Shown here in pieces: positions 1 through 9,917 of a DNA stretch of 64,000 nt; within the stretch, counting starts at the first letter, position 1, and each line of letters opens with the position of its first letter. Both the position numbers and the translations under genes were made by a program. The stretch covers positions 17,215 to 81,214 of the forward strand of contig CASDYZ010000007.1 in assembly GCA_949285325.1 (NCBI GenBank). The letters are read 5' to 3'. The notes below the pieces were generated by a model, which saw only the letters and a list, made by a program, of their open reading frames with translations, was not told the origin of the DNA and ran no database searches. This DNA comes from an uncultured bacterium (lineage in GTDB: Bacteria > Bacillota_I > Bacilli_A > RFN20 > CAG-826).

Positions 1-11
1 CCTTGCTTTTA

Positions 12-467
12 TTATAAAGCGATATTTATAATTTTGAATAAAATATTTTTAAAGTGCTCTCCTAATTCAAAAATGAGTGTCTTTTTCACTTCCTCACTTC
101 CTGTCGCTTTTTTTGTTATTTCATAATTAGATATTTTAAGTAATGTCGGGGTGCCGTATATACAAGCTCCACTATCCGTTCCACAAAGCGGTACGCTATC
201 GTCATAATGAATAAAATAAATAGGTAGTAAATTACTTAAAGAAATTGTCAAAATATCTTGTTTAATTTCATTACAGTGTAGACAATTAATTTGATAGATG
301 TAGACAAAATAATTTATTTCATTAATTGAATATAATTCCTCCCAAGAAATATGTTTTTCTTCTACATCAAAATAAGTAAATTCTTTTATTTGTCTATCAG
401 TGTCATAATCAAATGAAACGCAAGAACAAAGACTAAATAATAAAGGTAAAAAAATTAATTTCCTCAT
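12..467 (-). CDS. putative lipoprotein, function unknown
   Basis: 151-aa ORF; N-terminus MRKLIFLPLLFSLCSC has a hydrophobic core followed by an L-x-S-C lipobox; ATG at 465-467. Confidence 0.5.
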   Translation of the reverse strand: MRKLIFLPLLFSLCSCVSFDYDTDRQIKEFTYFDVEEKHISWEELYSINEINYFVYIYQINCLHCNEIKQDILTISLSNLLPIYFIHYDDSVPLCGTDSGACIYGTPTLLKISNYEITKKATGSEEVKKTLIFELGEHFKNILFKIINIAL

Positions 468-514
468 ACATTATATATATATGGAAAAAAATTAAGATTT
501 GGTAAAATAATTTT

Positions 515-1435
515 ATGTCTATCTTTAAAAAGAAAGAAACACTTATACAAAATATTACTTATATGGCCGTTATGGCGGCGATAAATGTCGTATTTGTTTT
601 AATGACGACTTTTGTCCCAGTATTGATGTTTTTAATAATTTTTGTCTTGCCATTAACGAGTACGATAGTTACTCTTTTTTGCAAAAAAAGATATTTTCCA
701 ATTTATGCTTTTAGCACTGTCGGGCTTTGTATGCTCGTCACATTTTGGAATATAAGTGACACTCTTTTTTATGTTATCCCTTCAATTATTTCAGGCTTTT
801 TATTTGGAATAATGATAATTTATAAAATCCATTCTCTTTGGGTTATATTTGCGTCTAGTATCATACAGTTGATGTTCACTTACCTAATGATGCCAATAAC
901 AAAATTTTTAACTGGCATCGATATCGTAAATGTCTTTTCTAGTGCTTTTGGAGTAAATAATTTTATATATTTATCATATTTGATACCTAGTTTTATATTC
1001 TTTTTATCTTTAGTGCAATCTTCCTTCTCTTACATAGTGATTAAAGAAGAACTACCAAAATTTAATTATCAATTTAAAGATCATTCTTTGTATTTATGGT
1101 CTAGTTATATCGCTTTATTACTATCATCAATTTGTGTTTTAGTTTTTGCTTTTTTTAACGGGCCTATCGCTTTTTTATTCATGATGATACTTACTTATTT
1201 TGCTATATTTATCATCACTAATTCCATCGCAAATGGGAATAAGGTCGTTTGGATTTGCCTACCTATTGTTGGGTTTATCGGTGTATTAGTTTACGCTTCG
1301 CTTTATAAGTTAGTCGCATCACCAATTAACTATCTACTTATATCTATTATTTTTATTTTACTAGCGTTGGTTGGATTCATTTTTGATATATATAAATTTG
1401 AAAAGAAAAAGAGGGAAAAAATAAAGAGTGAGTAA
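515..1435 (+). CDS. polytopic integral membrane protein, function unknown
   Basis: 306 aa, about 8 hydrophobic helices; ATG at 515. First gene of a three-gene plus-strand unit. Confidence 0.45.
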   Translation: MSIFKKKETLIQNITYMAVMAAINVVFVLMTTFVPVLMFLIIFVLPLTSTIVTLFCKKRYFPIYAFSTVGLCMLVTFWNISDTLFYVIPSIISGFLFGIMIIYKIHSLWVIFASSIIQLMFTYLMMPITKFLTGIDIVNVFSSAFGVNNFIYLSYLIPSFIFFLSLVQSSFSYIVIKEELPKFNYQFKDHSLYLWSSYIALLLSSICVLVFAFFNGPIAFLFMMILTYFAIFIITNSIANGNKVVWICLPIVGFIGVLVYASLYKLVASPINYLLISIIFILLALVGFIFDIYKFEKKKREKIKSE

Positions 1436-1477
1436 ACTCTTTTATGATATAATTGTTGTGCTTTATTAAGAGGTTGT

Positions 1478-2173
1478 ATGGCGGGATTTTTTAAAAGTTT
1501 TGGTAAAGGTATTCTCTATGTCTTGTTTCTACCTTTTATTTTGCTCATCTTAGCGGTCTATGCAGTATTTGGTTTAATAATACTCATCATATTATTTTTT
1601 AAAAATGTCATATTATTTTTTAAAGGCAAATCAATTTATAGTGGCTTAGATGAAGATATAAAAGCAAAGGCTATTTTAGACGCGAGTAAAAATGCCGCCC
1701 AGCAAATGATTCAAAATCAATTAAACCCTATCAAACAAAATACGACGACAAACACGACGACAAACAATATATTTATCGTTAACCCAAATGATTTAAATAG
1801 TTTGACAAGCGCTCAACAATTAATACAAAAAGCTAGTGCAATAGATAATGAAATAGTTGAACCACCGCTCATAGAAAATAACGACGTTAAATTAATAAGT
1901 GACAATTCAACAATCGATGAAGATGGGGTAGAAACTATATCGTTATCTCGTCACGAACACACGCCTAAAGAACCGCCAAAAGATGAAATTAAAATAGAAG
2001 AAAAAATAGAAGAAGTAAAAGAAATTAAACCAATAGAGTCACCATCTTCTTTTTATGAACCTAAACAAGGTCGTTTTATTCAAGACGATGATTATATTGA
2101 TAACGAGGAAGAAGATACATCAGGAGTATCAATATCATCTTTTAAAACTAATGATAAAGGAGGCAAAAAATAA
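1478..2173 (+). CDS. membrane-anchored protein with disordered acidic C-terminal half, function unknown
   Basis: 231 aa; single N-terminal TM (LYVLFLPFILLILAVYAVFGLIILIILFF); rest low-complexity N/T/E/K-rich; SD aagagg upstream of ATG 1478; stop overlaps next start (TAATG at 2171-2175). Confidence 0.45.
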   Translation: MAGFFKSFGKGILYVLFLPFILLILAVYAVFGLIILIILFFKNVILFFKGKSIYSGLDEDIKAKAILDASKNAAQQMIQNQLNPIKQNTTTNTTTNNIFIVNPNDLNSLTSAQQLIQKASAIDNEIVEPPLIENNDVKLISDNSTIDEDGVETISLSRHEHTPKEPPKDEIKIEEKIEEVKEIKPIESPSSFYEPKQGRFIQDDDYIDNEEEDTSGVSISSFKTNDKGGKK

Positions 2174-2955
2174 TGAATACTATTCTTATTCAATTATCAG
2201 AAAATGATAAGAGATTAATTTTTGCCCTCTTATTAATTTTAATATTAGTGTTTGTCCTCATCGGTTTTATTGGTATGTGGATAACTAAAGTGATGAAATG
2301 GCAAGGTAAAAAGATGGATACACTTGTGCACGACGCGGTTGTCACTAGAGTCATAACTGATAGAAAACATCTATTAAAATATGGGAGAAAAAAGAACTTT
2401 AGATATTTTTATAAACAAGCGTGGATACCACTTCTTTTAATTGTAATTTCCTTTATAATTTTATTAATTACATGCCTGATCCGCATGGATTTTAATTATA
2501 ATATATTCGATTATCACAAAACTGGAATAGGGACAATTTTATATATTTGGGACTTTAATGACCCTGATATTTATGTCGAGTGGTTTGGTATTAATATCAT
2601 CGCGAATTGGCCTCCACTGATACATGAACCGACATTTGAAGTTGAGGCCATTGGCTCGTATTTATTCGTGCCGACATTTTTAGTTGGGGCAGTTTGGTAT
2701 TTGATAGTTATCCAATGTTTAATTGCAAGAAGTTTTCGTTTAAGAAGACTAAGTCAGTCTATTTTTGAAAAAAGTCTTGAAGGATATAATCAAAACGATA
2801 TCAATAATCAACTTTTAGGTCTTATGGGCGGTGTGGCGACTAATATGGTCAACAATAAACAAAACGAACAAACGCAAAACGCTAGTCAAAATGAACAACA
2901 AAACTATATAGAAAGACCCCCACTAGGTGGAGGTCAAAATAACAATAATAATTAA
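2173..2955 (+). CDS. membrane protein with Q/N-rich C-terminal tail, function unknown
   Basis: 260 aa; TM helices; C-terminal 60 aa dominated by N and Q (ends GGGQNNNNN); translationally coupled to the upstream gene. Confidence 0.45.
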   Translation: MNTILIQLSENDKRLIFALLLILILVFVLIGFIGMWITKVMKWQGKKMDTLVHDAVVTRVITDRKHLLKYGRKKNFRYFYKQAWIPLLLIVISFIILLITCLIRMDFNYNIFDYHKTGIGTILYIWDFNDPDIYVEWFGINIIANWPPLIHEPTFEVEAIGSYLFVPTFLVGAVWYLIVIQCLIARSFRLRRLSQSIFEKSLEGYNQNDINNQLLGLMGGVATNMVNNKQNEQTQNASQNEQQNYIERPPLGGGQNNNNN

Positions 2956-3109
2956 CTTATTTTAAGAATACGATAAATAGTTCAACGACCAAATAAACTA
3001 CTAAAGCAAAATCAATCGCGACTAATAACCACATGATACGAAATCGCGATTTTTTTCTTCTATTTAATTCCTCTTGAGTGTTGACGACTTTGTTCTTTTT
3101 CATATCCAA

Positions 3110-4489
3110 TTAATATTTTATCGTATTTGATGTTCTTGGGTAAGGTTGAACATCACGAATATTTTGCATGCCTGTGACATACATCAAAAGACGATCAAAA
3201 CCAATACCGAATCCAGAATGGACACATCCTCCATAACGTCTAGTATCTAAATACCAATCTAATTCATCTTTAATGCCCATTTTTTCCATCTTATTTGCTA
3301 AGACATCATATCTTTCTTCTCTTTGAGAGCCACCGACTAATTCACCGACTGCCGGGACGAGTAAGTCGCATGCGGCCACCGTTTTCCCATCGTCGTTTTC
3401 TTTCATATAAAACGCTTTAATTTCTTTTGGATAATCAATTAAAAACACCGGGCCTTTTACTACTTGTTCAGTAATGTATCTTTCGTGTTCTGAAAGTAAA
3501 TCCATGCCCCATTTAATGTCGCAGTTTTCAAATTTATGTCCATCCTCCACTGCTTTTGTTAAAATCTCAATTGCTCTCGTATAAGTCATTCTTTGAAAAT
3601 CGCTGTTATAGACATGCTTTAATCTTTCAATCAATGTTTTATCGATCATTGTGTTAAAGAATTCCATTTCATCAGGGCATTTATCAAATAGAGTTTTTAT
3701 GCAGTATTTGACACACTGCTCGATGACATCCATATTCCCATCTAAATCAGTAAACGCCATCTCGGGCTCAATCATCCAAAATTCAGAAGCATGTCTCACG
3801 GTGTTAGAATGCTCCGCTCTAAAGACAGGGCCAAATGTATAAACATTTCTAAATGCAAGAGCAAATGGCTCGACATGAAGTTGACCAGTAACTGTCAAAT
3901 TAACTTTTCTCCCATAAAATGCATTTTCATCTTTTTGGTCGTGAGTCACTACATCAAAAACATTCCCAGCCCCTTCACCATCATTAGTGGTTATAATAGG
4001 GGTGTGAACATACATGAAATCGTGGTCTTGAAAAAAATGATGAATAGCCATCGTAAGGACATTTCTAACACGAAATAAAGCATTAAAAGTATTTGCTCTT
4101 GGTCTTAGATGAGCAATATCTCTTAAAAATTCAAAGGTATGTTTTTTCTTTTGAAGAGGATAATCGTCTAGGATATCTCCTTCTAATTTGGCTTCTTTAA
4201 TTTTAATTTCTAACGGTTGTTTTCCTTGTGGAGTGTATACGACTTCACCGCTGACGCTTAAACACGCACCAGTTCTAACAGAAGAGAGCAATTTAATAAA
4301 ATCATTAGAGGAAGTATAAACAAGTTGAATATTTTTAAAACACGAACCATCGTTTAATTCAATAAAACCAATTGAACCATTGTCGCGGTTAGTTCTCACC
4401 CAACCGCTCAACATGACAATCTTACCTTCAAAAGATTTGTCAGAAACGCTCATAAATAATTTTTGTGCTGTTGTTTTAATGCCTTCCAT
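3110..4489 (-). CDS. asnS: asparagine--tRNA ligase
   Basis: 459 aa; N-terminal OB-fold anticodon-binding region (GWVRTNRDNGSIGFIELNDGS), class II aaRS motifs (FRAEHSNTVRHASEFWMIEPE, GGSQREER, GFGIGFDRL); ATG 4489 with SD agaggt. Confidence 0.9.
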   Translation of the reverse strand: MEGIKTTAQKLFMSVSDKSFEGKIVMLSGWVRTNRDNGSIGFIELNDGSCFKNIQLVYTSSNDFIKLLSSVRTGACLSVSGEVVYTPQGKQPLEIKIKEAKLEGDILDDYPLQKKKHTFEFLRDIAHLRPRANTFNALFRVRNVLTMAIHHFFQDHDFMYVHTPIITTNDGEGAGNVFDVVTHDQKDENAFYGRKVNLTVTGQLHVEPFALAFRNVYTFGPVFRAEHSNTVRHASEFWMIEPEMAFTDLDGNMDVIEQCVKYCIKTLFDKCPDEMEFFNTMIDKTLIERLKHVYNSDFQRMTYTRAIEILTKAVEDGHKFENCDIKWGMDLLSEHERYITEQVVKGPVFLIDYPKEIKAFYMKENDDGKTVAACDLLVPAVGELVGGSQREERYDVLANKMEKMGIKDELDWYLDTRRYGGCVHSGFGIGFDRLLMYVTGMQNIRDVQPYPRTSNTIKY

Positions 4490-4553
4490 ATTTTTATACC
4501 TCTAAATTCGATTAGTAATAATTATACATCTAAAATCTAAAAATTGACTTTAT

Positions 4554-5570
4554 TTATTTAAAATTTAAATAATCAGATAATTCCCAATTTGGATCTACTC
4601 CTATATCCAGTAGGGCAAATATTTTTCTTTCATATAATTTTTCCCCCACTTTTGCAATCATCGACGCGTTATCTGTCGTGCACCATAAAGGTGGAATAAT
4701 GACATTGACACCTAATTTATCCATTTCAATTTTAATTTGTTCTCTTAAATAACTATTTGCTGACACCCCACCCGCTAAAACGATATTTTTAATCTTGTAC
4801 ATTTTCACCGCTTTAATAGTTCTTTTTATCAATTCTCCAATCGCGACATCTTGAAAAGATTTACACATATTTTTTACATTTATTTCTTCACCTTTTTGAG
4901 TGAGGTTGTGCACTAGATTAATAACATTAGTTTTAAGTCCTGAATAAGATAAATCTAAAGTATCTTCACCTTTTAAAGGAATTGGTAAATCATAGGTGTG
5001 TTCACCTTCCTTAGCTAGATTATCAATTGGGACACCGCCTGGATATGGTAGTCCAAGAACTCTTGCGACCTTGTCGTAGCATTCTCCAATCGCATCATCT
5101 CTAGTGTGTCCGATAATTTTGAAATCGAGTTCTTTTTCCATATATACGAATTCAGAATTGCCCCCACTGACGACAACTGCTAAAAGTGGGTAGGTTAAAG
5201 GTTTATCAAATTCATTAGCGTATATATGCCCGGCTAGATGATGGACAGGTATAAGTGGTTTTTCATATAGCATAGATAGTGTTTTCGCGGCTTGCATCCC
5301 GACGTGAAGCGCCCCGATTAATCCAGGGCCTCGAGTAATAGCAAATGCATCTATTTCATCTAATTTCACCCCTGCTTTAATAAGCGCTTCTCTAAGAACT
5401 ATCGTTATATTTTCAGTATGTAATCTAGAGGCAATTTCAGGCATGACTCCTCCATATTTTGCATGCACTTCTATTTGCGTTGATACGACATTAGAAAGAA
5501 GCTTTCCATCTTTAATTATTGCCACGCCAGTCTCATCACAGCTCGACTCAATTGCTAGTATGCTTGCCAT
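4554..5570 (-). CDS. tsaD: tRNA N6-adenosine threonylcarbamoyltransferase TsaD (Kae1/YgjD)
   Basis: MASILAIESSCDETGVAI N-terminus and HxxGH metal motif (HHLAGH); start taken at ATG 5570 (SD GGAGGTGG upstream) rather than the track start 5612. Confidence 0.9.
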   Translation of the reverse strand: MASILAIESSCDETGVAIIKDGKLLSNVVSTQIEVHAKYGGVMPEIASRLHTENITIVLREALIKAGVKLDEIDAFAITRGPGLIGALHVGMQAAKTLSMLYEKPLIPVHHLAGHIYANEFDKPLTYPLLAVVVSGGNSEFVYMEKELDFKIIGHTRDDAIGECYDKVARVLGLPYPGGVPIDNLAKEGEHTYDLPIPLKGEDTLDLSYSGLKTNVINLVHNLTQKGEEINVKNMCKSFQDVAIGELIKRTIKAVKMYKIKNIVLAGGVSANSYLREQIKIEMDKLGVNVIIPPLWCTTDNASMIAKVGEKLYERKIFALLDIGVDPNWELSDYLNFK

Positions 5571-6036
5571 TAAGATCCACCTCCAATTCCATAATAATCG
5601 CATTGTCCCCATTTGTGTAATATTGGGGTTTTACCAACTTTTTTACAAATCCATGTTTTAAATAAAAATTAATCGCATTTTTATTATTTTCCCGCACTTC
5701 TAAGGTAATTGATTTAATTTTTTTAGAAAAACAATCATTATAAATCTCATCCATCAACGCACTTCCTAAGTTTCTTTTTTGTAGTGAAGGGTGAATGGCG
5801 ATTTGTATGATTGAGGCGGTGTCAAAAAGCGTCCAATAAATACTAAATCCCGCGATTATAGATTTTCCTTCATAAGATAATTCTATTACCCACGGATTAG
5901 AATAAGGATTATCATTTATCTCATATAACATATTGTCTTTATTGTAAGGGGAGAGGAAACATAAATTTTCTATCTCCATGACAGAAGATAAATCTTTGTC
6001 TTCCATTCGTCTTATATCAATATTTAAAAATTTCAT
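5548..6036 (-). CDS. rimI: ribosomal-protein-alanine N-acetyltransferase (GNAT)
   Basis: 162 aa GNAT fold, sitting between tsaB and tsaD as in the conserved tsaE-tsaB-rimI-tsaD cluster. Confidence 0.75.
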   Translation of the reverse strand: MKFLNIDIRRMEDKDLSSVMEIENLCFLSPYNKDNMLYEINDNPYSNPWVIELSYEGKSIIAGFSIYWTLFDTASIIQIAIHPSLQKRNLGSALMDEIYNDCFSKKIKSITLEVRENNKNAINFYLKHGFVKKLVKPQYYTNGDNAIIMELEVDLNGKHTSN

Positions 6037-6042
6037 TTTCTT

Positions 6043-6633
6043 TTAATCCTTTAAATACATAGGCTTAACTAAATCTGGGTTAATGGTCATAGTTAGTGTT
6101 TCTTTTAAATCAAGCATTCTCAAAAATATATTTTCACATTTCTCACCAAGATTTAAATATTTACATTCGCCAGCGATTTTATAGTTTTTATTTTCATTTA
6201 TATAGGTTAAAATATCATCGTTATTCATTATTCTGTCTTCTAAGATGATTTCATGTTTATCATACACTCCTATATACGACCTATTACTCCTTGCGTTCAT
6301 TAAACAAATCGTCTTGTCATCAATAAAAGAAAGTATTCTAAGAGAACTTATTGGATATATTGGTATATTAAGTGCGAGTGACATCACTTTTGCGATAGTA
6401 AGAGAAATCCTTACTCCAGTATATGAGCCAGGACCTATCCCCACTATTAGGTCCTTTATTTCTTCTTTTTTAATGTTATGTTTCTTTAATAAATTATCTA
6501 ATTCTTTCACCATATATTCTGATTGTCTTTGCCAAGCCTCATAATTTATGGTGTCGATTAAATCTTTATCTTTAGAAAGACCGATTGAAAGCATATTTGC
6601 GCTTGAATCTAATAGAATGGTGTACTGCTTCAT
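6043..6633 (-). CDS. tsaB: tRNA threonylcarbamoyladenosine biosynthesis protein TsaB (YeaZ)
   Basis: 196 aa; MKQYTILLDSSANMLSIGL N-terminus typical of inactive Kae1 paralogue; synteny. Confidence 0.8.
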   Translation of the reverse strand: MKQYTILLDSSANMLSIGLSKDKDLIDTINYEAWQRQSEYMVKELDNLLKKHNIKKEEIKDLIVGIGPGSYTGVRISLTIAKVMSLALNIPIYPISSLRILSFIDDKTICLMNARSNRSYIGVYDKHEIILEDRIMNNDDILTYINENKNYKIAGECKYLNLGEKCENIFLRMLDLKETLTMTINPDLVKPMYLKD

Positions 6634-7082
6634 AATTTATTTACCTCATCTATAAAATCTTTATTATCGCTTTCAATTTCAATGAGTCTTTCATCGTCTT
6701 TTTTATTTGTAATAGTAATATTAATCGCATCTTTAGGTATTAATTTATTAATATAATCTGGCCATTCAATCATCGTGATACCATTATCAATACCTATGTA
6801 TTCATCTAATCCTATATCAGCGTCATTATCTAAAAGACGATAGGCATCGATATGGACTAGTGGTATCTTCCCCTTTAAATAAAGTTTCATAATATTAAAA
6901 GTTGGTGAGATGACAGTCTCATTGATATTTAGTCCTTTGGCCACTCCTTTTACTAATGTCGTCTTCCCCGCGCCTAAATCACCTTTTAAGCATATTGTTG
7001 AGCCTAGAGGTAAAATATAGGCAAGTCTTTCTCCAAGATGCATTGTTTCTATATTAGACGATGTATTAAAATTAATTTTCAT
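6630..7082 (-). CDS. tsaE: tRNA threonylcarbamoyladenosine biosynthesis ATPase TsaE (YjeE)
   Basis: P-loop GDLGAGKTTLVKG; track start 7091 is GTG, ATG at 7082 more likely. Confidence 0.85.
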   Translation of the reverse strand: MKINFNTSSNIETMHLGERLAYILPLGSTICLKGDLGAGKTTLVKGVAKGLNINETVISPTFNIMKLYLKGKIPLVHIDAYRLLDNDADIGLDEYIGIDNGITMIEWPDYINKLIPKDAINITITNKKDDERLIEIESDNKDFIDEVNKL

Positions 7083-7087
7083 TATTT

Positions 7088-7630
7088 TCACCTTCTACTT
7101 TTTTTATTTGGAAGCATCGATAAAAATTTTTCATAATACTGTTTTATTTTTAAATCATTAAATGGAAATACTTGCTTACGCATCATATCGGTGACGCTTT
7201 TGATATAGTAATTTAAAACAGTATCGAGCTTTTCACTATATGAATATATATCTTTATTTCGAGTATATTCTTTTTCATCTAAAATGATGACTTTGTGATT
7301 AGGATATAATTTGGCGTCTAAATCATAATCAATATATAAAATGCTTTCTTTGTGAATGATAGACGGGGAAGCAATATTGCAGTAATAACAAATCCCATCA
7401 TCCTTAATCATACATATGACATTCCACCATTCTTTTTTAGAAAAGATAGTGACCGCGGGCTCTTTTGTAAACCATCTCCTGCCATTAGTTTCTATTACTT
7501 TTGCTTTTTTAGAAGCGACAACGATAAAATCATCGTTGTTTTCTAATACTAAACCACGATCCCACACACGATGAAGCGTGCCATCGTGCTTATAACTGAT
7601 AACATTTAACCAATGACCGATATATTCCAT
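7088..7630 (-). CDS. DUF402-family protein (putative nucleoside tri/diphosphatase, Ntdp/FomD-like)
   Basis: 180 aa; pattern HDGTLHRVWDRG ... ICYYCNIASP ... IDYDLD resembles DUF402 proteins; assignment from memory. Confidence 0.4.
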   Translation of the reverse strand: MEYIGHWLNVISYKHDGTLHRVWDRGLVLENNDDFIVVASKKAKVIETNGRRWFTKEPAVTIFSKKEWWNVICMIKDDGICYYCNIASPSIIHKESILYIDYDLDAKLYPNHKVIILDEKEYTRNKDIYSYSEKLDTVLNYYIKSVTDMMRKQVFPFNDLKIKQYYEKFLSMLPNKKSRR

Positions 7631-7647
7631 AGGTTCGGCCCTCTTTT

Positions 7648-8709
7648 TTATTTATTAATAATTAAACAAGTCTCAAGTATGTCGATTAAATTATTTCTAT
7701 ATTGTTGAGTCGCACTCTTTTTAAAAGGTTCTTGAAAAGGTAAGGATATAACCGCATCTGTATATGATAAATAAACTGCGGTGTGTCCTCCCCACACCCC
7801 AACATTGACATTTAACAAATCATCTTCAATTTTAATATTTTTAAGTTTTGATAAAAATTTAGGGGTAAGTATCTTTTTATAATCTGCGCCTTCAGGCCCA
7901 TAGATTGTATAAGATTCTTCTTGTTCTAAGATTGTTAAATCAGAAATGTCTGAAGGTAAATCAACTGGTTTTAATCCTTTAAAATTGATGATAAATCTTC
8001 CATCAAATTTAAGAGTGTTTGAAGTAATTAAATATTTACCAACAAATGCAGCGTTTGGTCTATTTTTTTCTCCAGGAACATAGGCCGCCATATCGCTGAC
8101 CTTAAATCTTTTATCTTTATATACTCCCACCACGACATTACGTGAACCAGTTCTAATAACATTCTCGTATACTCTATCGGACATGACTTCAGATTGATCT
8201 ATTTTTTCAAGTGGATCATATAGAGCTTTTGAGAAATCATTAGACTCAAAACAGTATCCATTTAATTGTTGATTGACATATTCAATATATTCTCTTGTCG
8301 CATTAGGAAATTTGTTTCTAATAAAGAAATAATAAATGATAATCGCGACGATTGCCGCCCCACCAAGACAGTAACCAACAATCTTCATCCACATCTCTTT
8401 TTGAGCGACCAAAATAAAGCAAATAATAACGATAACTACGACAATCGCCATTAAAATGTTGGAAATCATTTTGTTTTTCTTATATTGAGCGTATAGTTTT
8501 TTTCTCGCTTCTTCGACATTTTCAAGCGATGCTTTTTCAATAATTTTTACATCTTGTTGAGAGGTATTATCTTCTTGATTTTCATCGACTTTTTCATCGT
8601 TAGACACCGTGTCTTCACTCGGTGTATCGTTTTTAATTTCTTCTGTAGTTTCTTCTTTTTTAATCTCTTCAACTACTTCTTTTTCTTGTTTGATATCTTC
8701 TTCTAGCAT
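7648..8709 (-). CDS. membrane protein with acidic N-terminal tail (possibly DUF3137-like), function unknown
   Basis: Track start 8724 is GTG; ATG 8709 with SD gaggat. About 85 acidic residues, then two TM helices, then a roughly 220-aa globular domain. Confidence 0.4.
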   Translation of the reverse strand: MLEEDIKQEKEVVEEIKKEETTEEIKNDTPSEDTVSNDEKVDENQEDNTSQQDVKIIEKASLENVEEARKKLYAQYKKNKMISNILMAIVVVIVIICFILVAQKEMWMKIVGYCLGGAAIVAIIIYYFFIRNKFPNATREYIEYVNQQLNGYCFESNDFSKALYDPLEKIDQSEVMSDRVYENVIRTGSRNVVVGVYKDKRFKVSDMAAYVPGEKNRPNAAFVGKYLITSNTLKFDGRFIINFKGLKPVDLPSDISDLTILEQEESYTIYGPEGADYKKILTPKFLSKLKNIKIEDDLLNVNVGVWGGHTAVYLSYTDAVISLPFQEPFKKSATQQYRNNLIDILETCLIINK

Positions 8710-8785
8710 AGGCAAAATCCTCACTTACGATTAAATATACCATAAATGAGGACAAAAATAATTATATATTTTTGATATTAAACAA

Positions 8786-9748
8786 TTATTGTACTTTTTT
8801 TGAATATTTAATATCCATCAACATTATTGGTCGGTATAAAAGTAGAGATAAAACAATGAGCAATATCATACTTGGGCCCATATAAGTAAGTTGATAGATG
8901 AGTGATTCGACAAATCGTGTTTCATAAATAACGATACCCGAAATAGTCGACGCTGCTGTTCTACCTATACAGGCGACGATTATTGCTAACAAAAGAAACA
9001 ATACTCCTTTTACAGTTATCTTTGCTTCTTTATTCATAATTAGTGGTCTAAATAAACCCACTAACGCCATCGAGCCAAAGCCTAATAAATAATCGAGAGG
9101 GTAGGTGATAAATCCATATCCGTCAATTAAACAACTAAGTAAACCAAATACAACTCCGCAAGCAATAAATCCTTTGACAAATCCTTTTCTTAATGAAATA
9201 AGCACTAATGGGACCATCATAAGACTTATAGAGCCACCATTCGCGACTACTTTAATTTCAAATATTGATAAGTCTAAAACAATTGCTAAGCTGACAAACA
9301 CTGCTATTTCAACAATGTCATTGATTGTGAATTGATTTTGTTCAAATATTTTAGAAACAAAATATAAACTTATAACGATTAAGCCTACTCCTAATATAAT
9401 GCTTAAGTTGCCATTAAACACTAAATCCGGATCAACTCCCAAACCATTCGCGTAAAATAAATTACAAAATAAATAAAGCACACCTGTAAACAAGCTTAAG
9501 ATAAATAATGGATATGGTGATGCTTTATCACTTCTAAGTGCAAAACTAACAACGCTGAATGACAATGTTAAAATAAAAGGTAATAACAATAATAAAAAAT
9601 AACCAATATTACCTTTACTACATTCAACAAATGCGTCAATCGCAGTTAGTGAAGTGCTGTTATAAATTAAAAATGGTCCAAATAAACCAAAAATTAAAAA
9701 GGTAAAAACAATTCCTCCTAAAAAATACCTAATGCGTCTTGCTTCCAT
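8786..9748 (-). CDS. ECF-transporter S-component-like membrane protein, predicted thiamine or thiamine-precursor uptake (ThiT/ThiW-like)
   Basis: 320 aa polytopic; C-terminal half (NGGSISLMMVPLVLISLRKGFVKGFIACGVVFGLLS ... PLDYLLGFGSMALVGLF) matches the ECF S-component fold; sits directly downstream of a TPP riboswitch; ATG 9748 with GGAGG SD. Confidence 0.55.
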   Translation of the reverse strand: MEARRIRYFLGGIVFTFLIFGLFGPFLIYNSTSLTAIDAFVECSKGNIGYFLLLLLPFILTLSFSVVSFALRSDKASPYPLFILSLFTGVLYLFCNLFYANGLGVDPDLVFNGNLSIILGVGLIVISLYFVSKIFEQNQFTINDIVEIAVFVSLAIVLDLSIFEIKVVANGGSISLMMVPLVLISLRKGFVKGFIACGVVFGLLSCLIDGYGFITYPLDYLLGFGSMALVGLFRPLIMNKEAKITVKGVLFLLLAIIVACIGRTAASTISGIVIYETRFVESLIYQLTYMGPSMILLIVLSLLLYRPIMLMDIKYSKKVQ

Positions 9749-9754
9749 AAAAAA

Positions 9755-9870
9755 TCCTCCTTAAAAGGAGGGCAGTTAAAATTTTATCTTCCCTCCGCTA
9801 GCATTACCTAGATCAGGTACGGTCGATTCGAAGAAGAATCCTCTCAGTCAGGTTCGCCTAACTCCCAAAA
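9755..9870 (-). ncRNA. TPP (THI-box) riboswitch with SD-sequestering hairpin/terminator
   Basis: Minus-strand RNA reads GGGAGUUAGGCGAACCUGACUGAGAGG...CGACCGUACCUGAUCUAGGUAAUGCUAGCGGAGGGAAG, containing the conserved CUGAGA and ACCUGAUCUGGAUAAUGCCAGCGUAGGGAAG THI-box core, then CCCUCCUUUUAAGGAGG-AUUUUUU immediately before the ATG. Confidence 0.8.
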
Positions 9871-9917
9871 AGATTATATTAACTTTGTTAAATTAATAAA
9901 AGAGAAAATATATAAGT

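Noticed and set aside
3651-9335. Short plus-strand ORFs (3651-3842, 3791-4078, 5443-5661, 6245-6544, 7352-7546, 8266-8454, 9105-9335).
   Set aside because: They lie antisense within asnS, tsaD/rimI, tsaB, the DUF402 gene and the membrane-protein genes. They have no SDs, and their low-complexity translations are typical of antisense frames in AT-rich DNA.
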